Assembly: GCF_006345805.1 (NCBI RefSeq)
Contig: NC_043019.1
Span: 25,977,360-26,041,359 of the forward strand
Length of the DNA stretch: 64,000 nt
Direction of reading: 5' to 3'
DNA from: Octopus sinensis
Lineage: Eukaryota
Shown here in pieces: positions 11,157-25,923 of the stretch. Numbering within the stretch: the first letter of the stretch is position 1; each line of letters begins with the position of its first letter. The translations under genes and the position numbers were made by a program. Under the pieces are notes generated by a model. The model made no database searches and was not told the DNA's origin. It worked only from the letters and a program-made list of their open reading frames with translations.

Positions 11157-11486
11157 CAAGTCTGAGATCTGTAAACTGGAGGTGGCGTGTGTTTCTGTAT
11201 TTGCGTACGTGTTTCTGTATGTGCGTTTGTGTGTAAGAGTGTGTGTGTGTGTTTGTAAGTTTGAGTATGTGTTTCTGTGTGTGTGTGCGCGCGAACGTGC
11301 ATGTGAGCACGTGATCTACGGGTCAGGCATATAGTACTCACGATCGCAACATCGTGGTTTCAATTTCCAGACATCCTGTACATTGAGTTCTTGAGCAAAA
11401 CACTTCATTTCCTGTTGCTCCAGTCCACAAAATGAGTGACCCCTGCAATGCGTTTTGTTCCATCTCTCACGACCAGAGTCAAACTT

Positions 11487-11518
<32 letters not shown>

Positions 11519-11776
11519 CATGTGTTTATATACACACACACACACATACATATATGTAGCAACACCAAATGGCGGTACCCCAGCATGGCCACAGCTGGTG
11601 AGCCGAAACTAGATAAAATTTTAAAATATAAATAAAAATATATATATGTATACATACACATATATATATATATATATTTACATATATATATATATACATA
11701 TTTACATATATATATATACATATATTTACATATATATATATATATATATTTACATATATATATATATACATATATT

Positions 11777-11816
<40 letters not shown>

Positions 11817-13309
11817 CATATATATATATATATATATATTACATATATATATATATATATATATATATTCATATATTTACATATATAATATATACATATA
11901 TACATATATATACATATATACATATATATATATATATACACATATATACATATATATATATAACATATATATATATATATATACACATATATACATATAT
12001 ATATATACATATATATATATATACATATATTTACGTATACATATATTTACATATATATATATATATATATATATTCATATATTTACATATATATATATAT
12101 ATATATACATATATACATATATATACATATATATATATACACATATATACATATACATATATATACATATATATATACACATATATATATACACATATAT
12201 ATATACACATATATATATCCTATGTCTCCCTAGCTCTCTCCCTTTCATAACTTCCCTCCACTTTAAGTGATCAGCACTCCCTTATCTAACTGTCCTCATC
12301 CATCCGCATCACCTGACCAAACTAGCACAGCCTCCGCTCTTGAATACTGCATATAATTTTTCTTATACTTAACATTTGAAGGGAAAACACTTGTTAAGTA
12401 AAGATAATGTTTATGTGTAAGCGCTTGTGTTTGTGCTCTACCACTGTTGGAAAACTGGAGCTGGTTTGCTTATATCCCTGAAACTTAGCAGTTCAGCAAA
12501 TGACACCGACAGAATAAGTAACAGGCTAAAAAAATAAGTACTAGGATCAATTTACTCTTTTACTTGTTTCAGTCATTTGACAGCAGCCATGCTGGAGCAC
12601 CGCCTTTAATCGAGCAACTCGACCCCAGGACTTATTCTTTGTAAGCCCAGTACTTATTCTATCGGTCACTTTTGCCGAACCGCTAAGTAATGGGGACATA
12701 AACACACCAGCATCGGTTGTCAAGCAATGCTAGGGGGACAAACACAGACACACAAACACATACACACACATATATATATATATATACATATATACGACGG
12801 GCTTCTTTCAGTTTCCGCCTACCAAATTCACTCACAAGGCTTTGGTCGGCCCAAGGTTATAGTAGAAGACAATTGCCCAAGGTGCCACGCAGTGGGACTG
12901 AACCCGGAACCATGTGGTTGGTGAACAAGCTACTTACCACACAGCCACTCCTGCGCCTATGTTTAATTAACAAAAGAAAAACTTCATGGCAGTGCCCCAG
13001 CATGGTCAGGGTCCAAAAACTGAAAAGAATAATACATACAAAGTGTAAAAAAAAAACTGTTTTAAAGTCTTAAAATTTAGAAAAAATCTATGAAACAATT
13101 GCTTACCTTGTATTACCCAATGGATAATTGTCCCACGTGAAAAGCACCTGTGCCAGTGCTGCATAAGAGCATCCAGTACACTCTTGGAGTGGTTGGCATT
13201 AGGAAGGGCATCCAGCTGTAGAAACATTGCCACAGCAGACAAGGAGCCCAGGCAGCGCTTCAGCTGGCCAAGTTCCAGGCAAGCCATTCAACTCATGGAA
13301 AACAGACAT

Positions 13310-13613
13310 ATAGGAGGAGGAGGAAGAAGAAGAAGAAGAGGAGGAAGAAGAAGAGGAGGAGGAGAAAAATAAGAAGAGGAGGGGGAGGGGAAGAGGAGAA
13401 AAAAGAAAAGGAGAGGGGAGAAAAAAGGGGAGGGGAGGGGAGAAAAAAGAGGAGGGGAGGAGGAGAAAAAAGAAAAGGAGAGGGGAGAAAAAAGGGGAGG
13501 GGAGGGGAGAAAAAAGAGGAGGGGAGGAGGAGAAAAAAGAAAAGGAGAGGGGAGAAAAAAGAAGAGGAGGGGGAGGGGAAGAGGAGAAAAAAGAAGAGGA
13601 GGGGGAAGAGGAA
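13310..13613 (+). repeat. ~300-bp homopurine tract with higher-order repeat units
   Basis: Only A and G; repeated gaggagaaaaaagaaaaggagaggggagaaaaaaggggaggggagggg. Confidence 0.9.
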
Positions 13614-14981
13614 GTGGTGATGATGATGAACATGTTCTCCAAGATTCTCAATCCTAAGAGTAGATTTTCTACATCATAAATTATATTCTTAATAAAGAAC
13701 CTTGATGTACCCATGGTACTAATGTTATGATGGAGCACCCTTTAAGTAAAACTCGTTTAAATATATCGAAACAATAACAAAACAAAATGGGTGTATATAA
13801 AATAAACAACAACACAACAGCCCAGCAACATTGGTATAGATTTTAATATATATACATATATATATATATTTTTTTTTTTTCAAATTTTTAATAGATTCCC
13901 TCTTTCAGAAACAACTTCATTATAAACACAATTTTAATTTAAACTTTTTGAAACTTTCTTGCTTTTGTCTTCTTTTTACATTTATTAAATTTTTTTTTTT
14001 GTTATCATTATTTTTGTCTTAATAATTGGAATGGTAAAATATCCCTTTATCCAGTCGGATGTGTCTTTCTTTATAATTATCATTGTTTAGATGAAAACTT
14101 GTTTTATTATTTATATTGAATTATTCATACAAAATGACCCATTCATTACCCAACATATATCAACAACACAATTGTTTTTTGTTTGTTTTTTTCTTGGAAA
14201 GCACTGGTGAGTTTGTTTGTTTGTTTGTTTGTTTTTATACACAGACCAAACTAGAATATTCTAGTTTAAGCTAGTGTTTGGCATTTTTAATGCTTTCAGC
14301 ATTAAAAATAAATGTTAACTACAACAAAAATATTTTTAATTGGTTTCCTCTTACACAACACGACTTCTACTTTGTTGAAGAATCCTCTCCAAGATTTCCC
14401 TTTTTGTTCAAACCGAACAAAATTGTCTTTTAATAATTGTCAATGCATGAGGCATTAAAAAACACTGCCGTAACTTGAATATTTTCTCAGCTACAACATT
14501 TTTTACAAAGGTGCTAAAACAACAGCTCCTTGAATTCATGACCCAAATATTTTACAGGTATTTATTTTTCATAAATTCTGGAGAGACGAGGAGCAGAGTC
14601 TTCCCTTTTTAGGGATCTGAATTCGAAACCGAAACTAAATATTTCAATGAGTTTCATCACAGAAGAAAAAAAAAAACTGTCTTGGTCACAGCCATTGTCC
14701 AAAAACTCTGCTGCCTTTTGGTCTCAGCGATTGTCTGTACCACCAAATATTAACACAAGTCAAGTCATTTCAACAATAATGAAAATATAAATAAACATGG
14801 CTTCCATTTTTTCACTTTTGCTGTTTTTGTCTTTTTTTCTTTTTTGGTGGGGTGGGGGCAGATGAGCTTTGGAGGGAGGGGATTTGAAAGAGTGGAGAGA
14901 CATATGGAGAGGGGTTTTCTGTCCTTGCTAGTCTGTATATAAATTATCCTCCTTTAACAAGGTCAGTCTTTATTTTATAGT

Positions 14982-15030
<49 letters not shown>

Positions 15031-16403
15031 ATGCAAACACACACACATATAGATGTGCATATGTGTGTGTATGTATGTATGTAAAAAAAAGTTTATAGAC
15101 AAAGATCTCTCCTACACCTAAGGATCTCCCCTGTCCATAGATATAATACCAATCCTTTCCATTCACCCAAAATGAACCAATTGCCATCTCTCGTCCCCAA
15201 TTCTTCTGCAGACAACTAAATAAAATGAGGAACTTATCAACCCTTGTCTAACACTGATTGTTAATAATTCTTCTCATCCTTTAAAGACTATAGTCTTGTG
15301 AGAAGAAGAAAATAACAGGGAAAACCAGGACAAATTCTAAAGATTCTTTACATTTGGACCATACACTAAAGGTTAAAGACCCCATTTGTTCATGAATGAC
15401 CATGGGACAGCATCTGGAAAGTTACCCTTCGAGGCACAACTCCAGGCAAGGTTGTTTATGGAAGACCAGCCTCCCCTCTCGACGCCACCAATGTTATCCA
15501 AGAGAAAGGCAAAGGCTGATACAGCTTGGCACCAGTGACGTCACAACTTATTTCTACAGCTGAGTGAACTGGAGCAATTTTAAATAAAGTGTCATGCTCA
15601 AGAGCACAACACAGCCTGGTCCAGGATTCAAACTCACTACCTCAAGATTGTGAGCCTGATACTCTAACCACTGGGCCATTCCCCTTCACCACTGAGCCAC
15701 GTGCCTTCACCACTCAGCCATGTGCCTTCAACCATTATGATATTCTGTAGTGGCTGTGGTGGAATTTCTAACATTTCAATGACAATTGCATCAAAACTTA
15801 CTCCTAAACCATATAAACACCAAGAAATATTTTTTTCAATAAATATCAATAAGTCAAATGCCAAGACACAACAAAATGCTAGCAGTGGATGTGAACTCAC
15901 AACCCTGGAGTTGGCAGCCCCGTATTTTTTATAATTCGGTTGGCTCTCATATCTGTCTTAGTTTCTCTTTGTAAACTTCCTTAACCCTTTAGCATTTAAA
16001 CCAGCCAAAATACGCCTCCTGGTTTCATGTTCAAACTGACCAAATCTAACCTCTCGCAGCTACCCTACATATATCAATAAGTCAAATCTCAAAGCTATGA
16101 AACAATACATGATTAACTCAAAACAATATGAATAAACAAGCTTTGGATTTGATAAGATATATAAATCTTTGTCGGTTGTCAAGCAATGCTAGGGGGAAAA
16201 CATAGACACACAAACACACACACGCATATATATATATATATATATATACGACGGGCTTCTTTCAGTTTCCGTCTACCAAATCCACTCACAAGGCTTTGGT
16301 CGGCCCGAGGCTGTAGTAGAAGACACTTGCCCAAGGTGCCACGCAGTGGGACTGAACCCGGAACCATGTGGTTGGTAAACAAGCTACTTACCACACAGCC
16401 ATT

Positions 16404-16437
<34 letters not shown>

Positions 16438-17207
16438 GCCAAAGGGTTTTAAGAAAACTAAACACTTAATATGGGGCATACCGAGGAAGCAAGACTCCCT
16501 TTAGATATGGGTGAGGGGAAAGAGTGTATCCGACGATGGATTGTAGAACATAGGATTCCAAAAGGTAGTTCCAAAGATGTGGGAACATAAACAAAAGTCA
16601 AAATGTGTTGCTGTTGTGAATGTCATTGTTGCTATTTGAATACAGAGTGAGATATGTTTTGTATGGGTGGGAGAAGACAATGGACCAATATTTAGGGGTT
16701 TTATGTAGTGGCGGTGGAATGAGAAGGGTGGAGTGAGTTTTCAGGGGTAGGAGGGGGTGGCAAATGTAAGTAACTTTAAATAATTTTATTTTACTGGTAC
16801 ATATACTCTTACTCTTTACTCTTTTACTTGTTTCAGTCATTTGACTGCGGCCATGCTGGAGCACTGCCTTTAATCGAGCAACTCGACCCCCGGGACTTAA
16901 TCTTTTGTAAGCCCAGTACTTATTCTATCGGTCTCTTTTGCCGAATCGCTAAGTAACAGGGATATAAACACACCAGCATCGGTTGTCAAGCAATGCTAGG
17001 GGGACAAACTCAGACACACAAACACACACACGCATATATATACATATATACGACGGGCTTATTTCAGTTTCCATCTACCAAATCCACTCACAAGGCTTTG
17101 GTCGGCCCGAGGCTATAGTAGAAGACACTTGCCCAAGGTGCCACGCAGTGGGACTGAACCCGGAACCATGCGGTTGGTAAACAAGCTACTTACCACACAG
17201 CCACTCC

Positions 17208-17239
<32 letters not shown>

Positions 17240-17808
17240 CATCTGCATAGGATAAAAAACAAAATCGGTTGCCTAGTGGAATTTGAACTCAGAACATAAA
17301 AATAAACACTGAAAATATAAATGCCTTTGGACCAGCACTCTACTGACTCTGCCAGCATTTCTACATTGAGAATGGTGAAATATTGCAGCAACAACACTCC
17401 TGAGATAGTGAAAGTGGTTCTTTCAAGCGCTGTGTATGGAATCTTGTAGCAGAGCAATGGTGACAGTGGGGGCCGGGAGGGAGGTCGACGATCTAATGTT
17501 TCCATTGATGAATTGACAAAATCAGAAAAGGGGATGAAATGCTTCACAATATTTTGCTTCTGTATCTTTTACACTCTGAGTTCAAATCCTACCAAAGTCA
17601 ATAAAATACAGTACCAGTTGAATATTAGGTGGGGGCGGGGGGAGGGTCAGTATGATTGATATAATTGGGTGTAACCCCAAATGTGTGACCCAGGGGCCTT
17701 CGTTAGGATTTTATTATAATTTTTCAACAGGTTGGCCATCTTTGGATCTCAGACGACTTGTACAGGCACCTCAATATTTCTATACTTTGACTGGTAAACT
17801 GTTGATGA

Positions 17809-17842
<34 letters not shown>

Positions 17843-18076
17843 GGTGGTGATGATGATGTTGATACCACCAGGATGGTGGTGGCTTTAGTTTCCATTGTGA
17901 AAATGTCCAATCAGCAAATTTCTCCACTGGTCCACATTCGAAAACTTTGAGTCGTTTTCATTTTTTTACTTTTTCTGTTTGTTTGTTTGTTTGTTTGTTG
18001 TTGTTGTGGTCTTTTTTTTTTTTTTACCTTTTGGTGGTGATGGTCTCAGGGTGTGTGGATATGAAATGCTTTCGAA

Positions 18077-18209
18077 TTACAAGTAACCAGCGAAACAGGC
18101 AATGACGACGGTGTGTAACAAGAGGAAGTAGAACCAGATAACGGAACGGAGGTTGGGACGGAACCGCAGCAAACGTTGCAGGTGGCGGCTGGAAAAGCAG
18201 AAGTATTCC
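18077..18209 (-). CDS. GOLGB1: Giantin-like golgin, terminal exon with tail-anchor TM helix
   Basis: Acceptor ttttctttctctttctaacAG, phase 2; EYFCFSSRHLQRLLRFRPNLRSVIWFYFLLLHTVVIACFAGYL-stop. Basic segment, then a TM helix with the Tyr and His typical of giantin/golgin-84/CASP; resembles human giantin end RVPLLAAIYFLMIHVLLILCFTGHL. Confidence 0.88.
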
Positions 18210-18638
18210 CTGTTAGAAAGAGAAAGAAAATCACAACAACTGAAGCATGCATGATCCGCCTACATGTGACAACCATAAAGCCCCAACATAGAGAAAGAGA
18301 AGGTGGCGGGGTGGAAGTGTCCAGAAAGGGGATGTCAAGGCAGAGAACAAAGAAGGAGGCGACACCACATAGCATTCATTGCAGAAAATGCCAATTCTAT
18401 TTTCTGGCAGATTCTTTTACTGGTTTCAGTCATTTCACTGCGGCCATGCTGGAGCATCACCTTTAGTCGAATGAATCGACCCCAGGACTTATTCTTTTTA
18501 TAAGCCTAGGACTTATTCTATCGGTTTCTTTTGCCAAACCGCTACATTACGGTGACGTAAACACACCAGTGTTGGTTCTCAGGCAATGGTGGGAGGACAA
18601 ACACAGACACACAAACATACACATACATATATATACAC

Positions 18639-18689
<51 letters not shown>

Positions 18690-19069
18690 CATACACATAC
18701 ATATATATATATATATATACATACATACACATACATATATATATATATATGCATACATACACATACATATATATATATATACATACATACACATACATAT
18801 ATATATATATATACATGCATACATACACATACATATATATACATACACATACATATATATATATGTATATATATATGTGTATGTATGTGTATGTATGTAT
18901 ATATATATGTATGTGTATGTATATATATATATGTGTGTGTGTGTGTATATATATATATGTGTATATATATGTATGTGTATGTTTGTGCGTCTGTGTTTGT
19001 CCTCCCACCATTGCCATATATATATATACATGCATACACATACATATATATATATATACATACACATAC

Positions 19070-19127
<58 letters not shown>

Positions 19128-21053
19128 GATGGGTTTTTTTCAGTTTCCATCTACCAAATCCACACACAAGGCTTTGGTCAGCCTGAAGCTATAGTAGAAT
19201 ATACTTGCCCAAGGTGCTACGCAGTGAGACTGAACCCAGAACCATGTGGTTGGGAAGCAAGCTTCTTACCACACAGCCATGCCTGCACCTATGTTTAACA
19301 TCATTACAGGAATAACCATATAATTTTGTAGTTAAAGGGTTAAAGGCCCTTAGGGGTTTAGGGAGCTTTTGTATTTAACCTGGCTGTTTAACAACTGGCA
19401 CCTCATCAGTTATGATGACCAGCGTCCAGCTGATCTGATCAACAGAACAACTTGCTTGTAAGATTAACATGCAAGTGGCTGAGTACTCCAGACATGTGTA
19501 CCCTTAAAGTAGTTCTCAGGGAGATTCAGCATGACACAGGATATGACAAGACTGGCCCTTTGAATTACAGATACAACTCATTTTTGCCAGCTGAGTGGAC
19601 TGGAGCGATTGGAAATAAAGTGTCTTGTCCAAGGACACGACATGCCACCAGGAATTGAACTCACGATTGCGAGCCAAATACCATAGTCACACAGAATCGT
19701 TGGCTGGACAACCATTAGACCATGTCAGAGATATCTGCTGTACATCACCACTGAAAAGGCTAACTTTTATAAGAACAGAACATAAGTTCATTATGTACAT
19801 TTGACAGATATTTGTCTTCATCTTGTTTGTTGTTAACACAATGTAAACAATGTAAATAATGTACATAATTCCTCATCCCTTAAATACAGAACAGGACATA
19901 GGTTGACAGCATATTACTGGTACTCTTTTATATCAAGTGTGAAGGGTTGTGAAACAAAGTCAGCCACATGCTATGATTTCAACAGACAACCACAGAAAGA
20001 CACAAGACAATATATTTTAGGGTCCAACTCTAATGAAACAAAGAATTATTTGTAATATAAGCACACGGCTTGAAATTTAGGGAAGGAGACTACTCAATTA
20101 AAACTGCCCCCAGTACTTGACTGGTATTATATTTCACAAAGAATGAAAGGTAATTTGACCTTGGCAGGATTTGAACCTAGACAGTAAAAATTCAAAACAA
20201 ATACCACAATGAACTATTCTGATGTTCCAAACATTTTTCCAATCCACAACCCTTGTAAGAAAACAAACAGACCTTTCTACTGTAAGCGCAAGGCCTGAAA
20301 TTTTGTGGAGAGGTGTTAGTCAGTTACAGCAACCCCCGTATTTAACTGGTACTTCTTGTCTCAAACCCGAAAGGATGAAAGGCAAAGTCAACCACGTTGG
20401 CATTTGAGCTCAGAACTCAAAGCCGGATGACATGCCACTAAGCAATTTGTCCGGCAGGTCAGCACCTTGTAGGAAAGCAAAGAATGCTAAGAATCTCTTA
20501 ACTTTGAAGTGCAATGCAATTTCTGCAGTGATGATGATTATCAAAGTAATTTCCCCACACAAAACATGTAAAGCCAGCAAGAGAGGTTACAACAACACAA
20601 ATACAGACACAGACATACAGCAAATGGTTCCAGAGTAAAAGCAAGTACACAAGCTTTAGTGAACGAAGCCCAATTTTAAGCAAACAAATTAAGACAACAA
20701 AAAGCTAGCATTTAACAATACAAACATGGAATGATACATTCAAATTAAAAATAAATTAATATTAAAAACATTAATTAACATTTCTTTCAACTTTAACATA
20801 TCATAATCTAAAACTTAAATTTTTTTTAATGTGCAGTAAAACAGAAACAGTATTATACAACAGCTGTTTCTTTATATATACACCAGCTAACAAAACAGAA
20901 ATGACATTATACAACACCTGTTTCGATATATGTAGACAAGGTAACAAAACCAAAATAGTATTACGCTACAGCTGTTTCTATATATAGATATTATAAATAT
21001 ATATATACATACAAGCTGATATGATAGAAATAAAAATATACTGTTTATATATA

Positions 21054-21093
<40 letters not shown>

Positions 21094-21532
21094 TTTATTA
21101 CATGAAGGACAAAATCACTTTGATGACTTTATCAAGTGGCCAGCATGGAATAAAAACCTTGAAGGTAACATTCAATACTAATTTATAAGCTAACATGACA
21201 GATATAGCCTTATTCTACAGTTGCTTCTGTGTAAATAAGGAAGGTCATCTCCTCTGTAGGAATCATTCCAAAGCAGACAGAAGAGCTTGGTGCAGTCTTG
21301 CGAGTTACCAGTTCTTGTCAAGCCATCCAACCCATGCCAGCATGGAAAGCAGATGGTAGATGCTGCTGAGATACATACACACACATATATAAACACACCA
21401 AGTAAAAAACACAGAAATAATATTATACTACAGCTATATATATATATGTATGTATGTATGTATGTATGCATGTATGTATATATATATATATATATATATA
21501 GTATGTATGTATGTATGTATATAATATATATA

Positions 21533-21572
<40 letters not shown>

Positions 21573-21591
21573 CACACACATACACACGTGT

Positions 21592-21842
21592 AGGTGCGTG
21601 GCTTAGCGGTTAGGGTGTCAGCATCATGATCGTAAGATTGCGGTTTCGATTCCTGGACCAGGCAACGCGTTGTGTTCTTGAGCAAAACACTTCATTTCAC
21701 GTTGCTCCAGTCCGCTCAGCTGGCAAAAATGAGTAACACTGTGATGGACTGGTGTCCCGTCCAGCTGGGGAACACATACGCCATTGAAACTGGGAAACCG
21801 GGCCCATGAGCCTGGCTACGCTCTGAAAGGACGCATTTATTT
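21592..21842 (+). mobile_element. tRNA-head SINE with V-domain-like core; also approx 60515-60690
   Basis: tggcttagcggttagg head, gatggactggtgtcccgtccag core. Confidence 0.65.
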
Positions 21843-22325
21843 TTTCATTTTATATACACACACATATGCATGATGGCACTAACCTGAGAGGATGACCCCT
21901 CCCCAATCCCATCAAACAAGACCATGAAGTAAGCAAGCAAGCAGGTGTATATATATATATATACATACATATATATAATAGTGTATAAACAACTTACGTA
22001 TTTATATACGAAAGAGGTGACATTTGACAGGACACCTTACATGCTAGAAAGGGCAGTTAAAACCCAAAATGTGTATAAATACATAAATTGCTTATACACC
22101 ATTATATACGAAAATATGTTATCTATTGACCTTATTACACATGCTAGCCACATGCTCCTTATAACATCAAACATAACAGGATTTAAATCTTCCAAGTTCC
22201 TTATGACATCAAGCATAATCCTTATGACACTAAAAAACAAAACCGCCATTTAAATGCTCCTTACATGCTCCTTATGTCATCAACAATAAGTTTTTATCCA
22301 AAATACCCAAAGATGTTCTACTTAC

Positions 22326-22380
22326 TTTTTCACTTTCATCCAGCGTTGTATGCGATGACAATAGTTACTTCCTTGACGGA
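22326..22380 (-). CDS. GOLGB1: Giantin-like exon (55 nt, phase 1-2)
   Basis: ctgccAG acceptor, GTAAGT donor; VRQGSNYCHRIQRWMKVKK; phases fit both neighbours. Confidence 0.78.
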
Positions 22381-23563
22381 CTGGCAGACACAGTTGAGGT
22401 GGTCATGGAAAGAGAGGTAATTTGATACAGTGAGAAATACTTGAATTAAAATTGTGATATGGAACAAATGAAGACAAAATATCAAACGTGTGTAGATGTG
22501 TGTGTGTGTGTGTGTGTGTACTTTATGCATAAATTCATATGAAGGCATGTGTGCATATATTCTTTTATTCTTTTACTTGTTTCAGTCATTTGACTGTGGT
22601 CATGCTGGAGCACCGCCTTTAGCCGAGCAAATCGACCCCAGGACTCATTCTTTCTAAGTCTAGTACTTATTCTATCAGTCTCTTTTGAAGGACAAACCCA
22701 GACACACAAACAAACAAACAAACACACACACACACATACACACATACACACACACTTAATAACTGACAAGATGCCGGAGCAGATTTCCACCCCGACATCA
22801 GAAACTCAGAGTTTTATCATGGCAACCGAATAATTGTCTCACCACTTCAAGCATGTTAGAGTTGGGTCGTTTTCACCCTTGCCCTCTTAATATAATTATA
22901 TACAGAGGTATATTATTATTAATTTAATATATATTTATATCACGTGATCACATGACCGACCAGTCCATCAGATGTAGTTACACATCGCTGGTCACAATGC
23001 GTTCGCATTGTTGTTTAGCCTTCGAATGACGCCACCCCACTGGCTAAGCTAGCAGGCCAACAGAAGAAAGAGTGGTGAAATAGTACAGCAGGGATCACCA
23101 CGCCCTGCCGGAGCCTTGTGAAGCTATTAGGTGTTTTCGCTCAATAAACACTCACAACGCCCGGTCTGGGAATCGAAACCGTGATCCTACAACCGCGAGT
23201 CCGCTGCCCTACCATTGGGCCATATTTATATATATGAAATAATAATAAACAGAATGTTAGTAAAAGAAAACTTCCCATTTCTGCAATGTATACGAACATA
23301 ATGAAAAGTCTGTCAGCCTAGCTCAAACACACAAAGCATGCATTGACACACACACACACATTCACGTACAGTCACACAAAGAAAACATCTACTGTCAGCA
23401 TTACACAAACCTAAACAAACATAGTCATGAGAGGTAAATCCCCTTGAGGGGTGAGAAATAAAATTCACTCCGCAATGGAATTTGGACCTGAAACCTGGGA
23501 TATGGCAAAGCTAAATGAAACCAACACAGGAACTATTTCAGTCAACTGAGCAATAAGACTCAC

Positions 23564-23621
23564 CTAAGAGTGGTTCCGCTTGAAGAATTCTGTCTGGATC
23601 GTCATCCATTTCGATTTTGAA
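23564..23621 (-). CDS. GOLGB1: Giantin-like exon (58 nt, phase 0-1)
   Basis: ctctttccccAG / GTGAGT; FKIEMDDDPDRILQAEPLL. Confidence 0.85.
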
Positions 23622-24671
23622 CTGGGGAAAGAGAGACACAGTGAGACAAACCTTTAAAATATAAGACACAATTACACACACACACACACACACACACTTG
23701 TATGCATACATTTCCATACAACACACTCGTACACACACACACTGTACACAATAGTGTTGTCATTAGGTGTGACCATACTGGGATATTCCATGGGTCCAGA
23801 AGGCCCACCACTAATCAATATACACTGTGGTTTATTGTAGGAGTCCTGGTACATTGTTTTACTGTGGGGCAGGGGTCACCTATAATCCTAATGAAAGTGC
23901 ATGGCCAAGTGGTTAATGTATTGCACTCACAATCGCAAGATTGTAGTTTCAGTTCCTGGAGGAGGTAGTGGGTTGTGTTTTTGAGTAAAAACTTCATTTC
24001 ATGTTGCTCCAGTAAATGGGTGATCATATGACAGACTGGCATCCCTTTCAGGGGGAATGCTGTGTTCTTGATCACTTATATACCTATTTCTTTACTACCC
24101 ACAAGGGGCTAAACACAGAGAGGACAAACAAAGACAGACAAACGGATTAAGTCGATTATATCGATCCCAGTGCATAACTGGTACTTATTTAATCGACCCC
24201 ATAAGGATGAAAGGCAAAGTCGACCTCGGCGGAATTTGAACTCAGAACGTAGCGGCAGGCGAAATATCGCTAAGCATTTCGCCTGGCGTGCTAACGTTTC
24301 TGCCAGCTCACCGCCTTGATCACTTATATACCATGGAACCCATGTAACCAGCCCCGAGTCCCAGGACTCAAGACAAAACTTACAGCCAAGAATCATATGA
24401 AGAGAGTCTTCACATCTGAATGCTAAAGGGTTAGGAGTACACGTGTTTGTGGAGTACTCAGTCACTTGCACGTTAATTTCATAAGCAGGCTGTTCCGTTG
24501 ATTGGATCAGCTTGAACACTCATTGTGGTAACTTACAGAGTGCCAGTTACAATACATTAACAAAATTCGAAGCACCATGTAGTGTCCACACAGATAAAAC
24601 AGTATAAAGAGAGGCATCTGTGTACAGGACATAGTCCAAAATTCCTGACAGTCTCAACTATGATAGAATTA

Positions 24672-24878
24672 CGAGGGGATGCTGCAAAGTTCCTGACTTT
24701 AAGAGTATCACGAAAGGCCTTGTTGGAGGCCCAACCTTCTGAGTTCATTTACAGGGCCTAGAAAAACTGAAGACCCGCTGCAGTAAGTGTGTGAATCTGA
24801 GAGAGAAAATATGTTGGATAAAATCATAATTAACTGATCCTTTTAACCCAAAATCAGGAACTTTTCAACACCTCTTTG
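24672..24878 (+). mobile_element. Mariner-derived non-autonomous element (~207 bp)
   Basis: TA|CGAGGGGATGCTGCAAAGTTCCTG ... CAGGAACTTTTCAACACCTCTTTG|TA; remnant GLEKLKTRCSKCVNLR resembles a mariner transposase C-terminus. Confidence 0.75.
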
Positions 24879-25089
24879 TACATTCATCATCATCATCATC
24901 ATCAACATCTATTTTCCCATGCTGGCATGGGTTGGATGATTCAAGAAAAAAAGCCAAAGAGTTCCACCAAGTTCTATATCTGCTTTGGCATGGTTTCTAC
25001 AGCTTGATGCCCTTCCTTAACACCAACCGCTTAACATTTTGTTTGCGCCTCTCTTGGAGTCCCCCGAAAATATAAAAATCATCTCTTAC

Positions 25090-25249
25090 ATCCTGTTGCA
25101 TTTTCTCTCGCATTGAATTCAGTTGCTGTTGCGACTGCTGCAGCAAAATTTCCACCTGCAGTCTTTGATTCCTCTCAGCAACAAACTTGTTTGCTTGATC
25201 GACACTGGTCGACATCAGCTCTTCCTGATGCTCTTCCAATTCTGTAATT
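25090..25249 (-). CDS. GOLGB1: Giantin-like exon (160 nt, phase 2-0)
   Basis: tttgtAG / GTAAGA; RITELEEHQEELMSTSVDQANKFVAERNQRLQVEILLQQSQQQLNSMREKMQQD; ERNQR segment resembles giantin EERDQRV. Confidence 0.87.
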
Positions 25250-25408
25250 CTACAAACAGCAAAAAAAAGAAAACACAAAATTATACAAGAATTTCTTCTG
25301 TGCCCTTTCTACACAACGGCGAGTACTGTCATGTGAGTAACTAGCTAACTCCCAGAGCGTCAGTGACTGAGCTTCATTCACTCCATTCTTTCTATCTTTC
25401 TCTATGCA

Positions 25409-25470
<62 letters not shown>

Positions 25471-25923
25471 TGTATAGTGGTTAGCCTAATGGTTAGGCTG
25501 TTGCACTCATGATCACTAGACTGTGGGTTCAAATCCCAGACTGGGCAGTGTGTTGTGTTCTTGAGCAAAACACTTCATTTCACATTGCTCTAGTTGCCCT
25601 TTTGATCAGTGGGGATGTTGGCCTGCTCACCTAGCCAGTGATGTGACGTCATTTGAAGGATAAAACAATGCAAAAAGATGCCACACAGTGGGACTGAAAC
25701 CAGAACCGTGTGGTTGGGAAATCTACTACTTACCACACAGCCACTCCAGCACCAATATATATATATATATATATAAGTAGTTGAATGAATTATCCTAGTA
25801 TGGATAATTCGGTTAACCGATACCCGGGTAGCAAATTTATGTCAGAAATCACGGTTGAAGCTACATGCCAAGGGCAGAAATCATGTGCTTTCGTGTGGAA
25901 ATTTGTGTGTTTTTTTACTATAA

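Noticed and set aside
20498-20683. Hydrophobic minus-strand ORF as giantin's TM exon
   Set aside because: No acceptor in the required phase; 18077-18209 fits both phase and the giantin-like motif.
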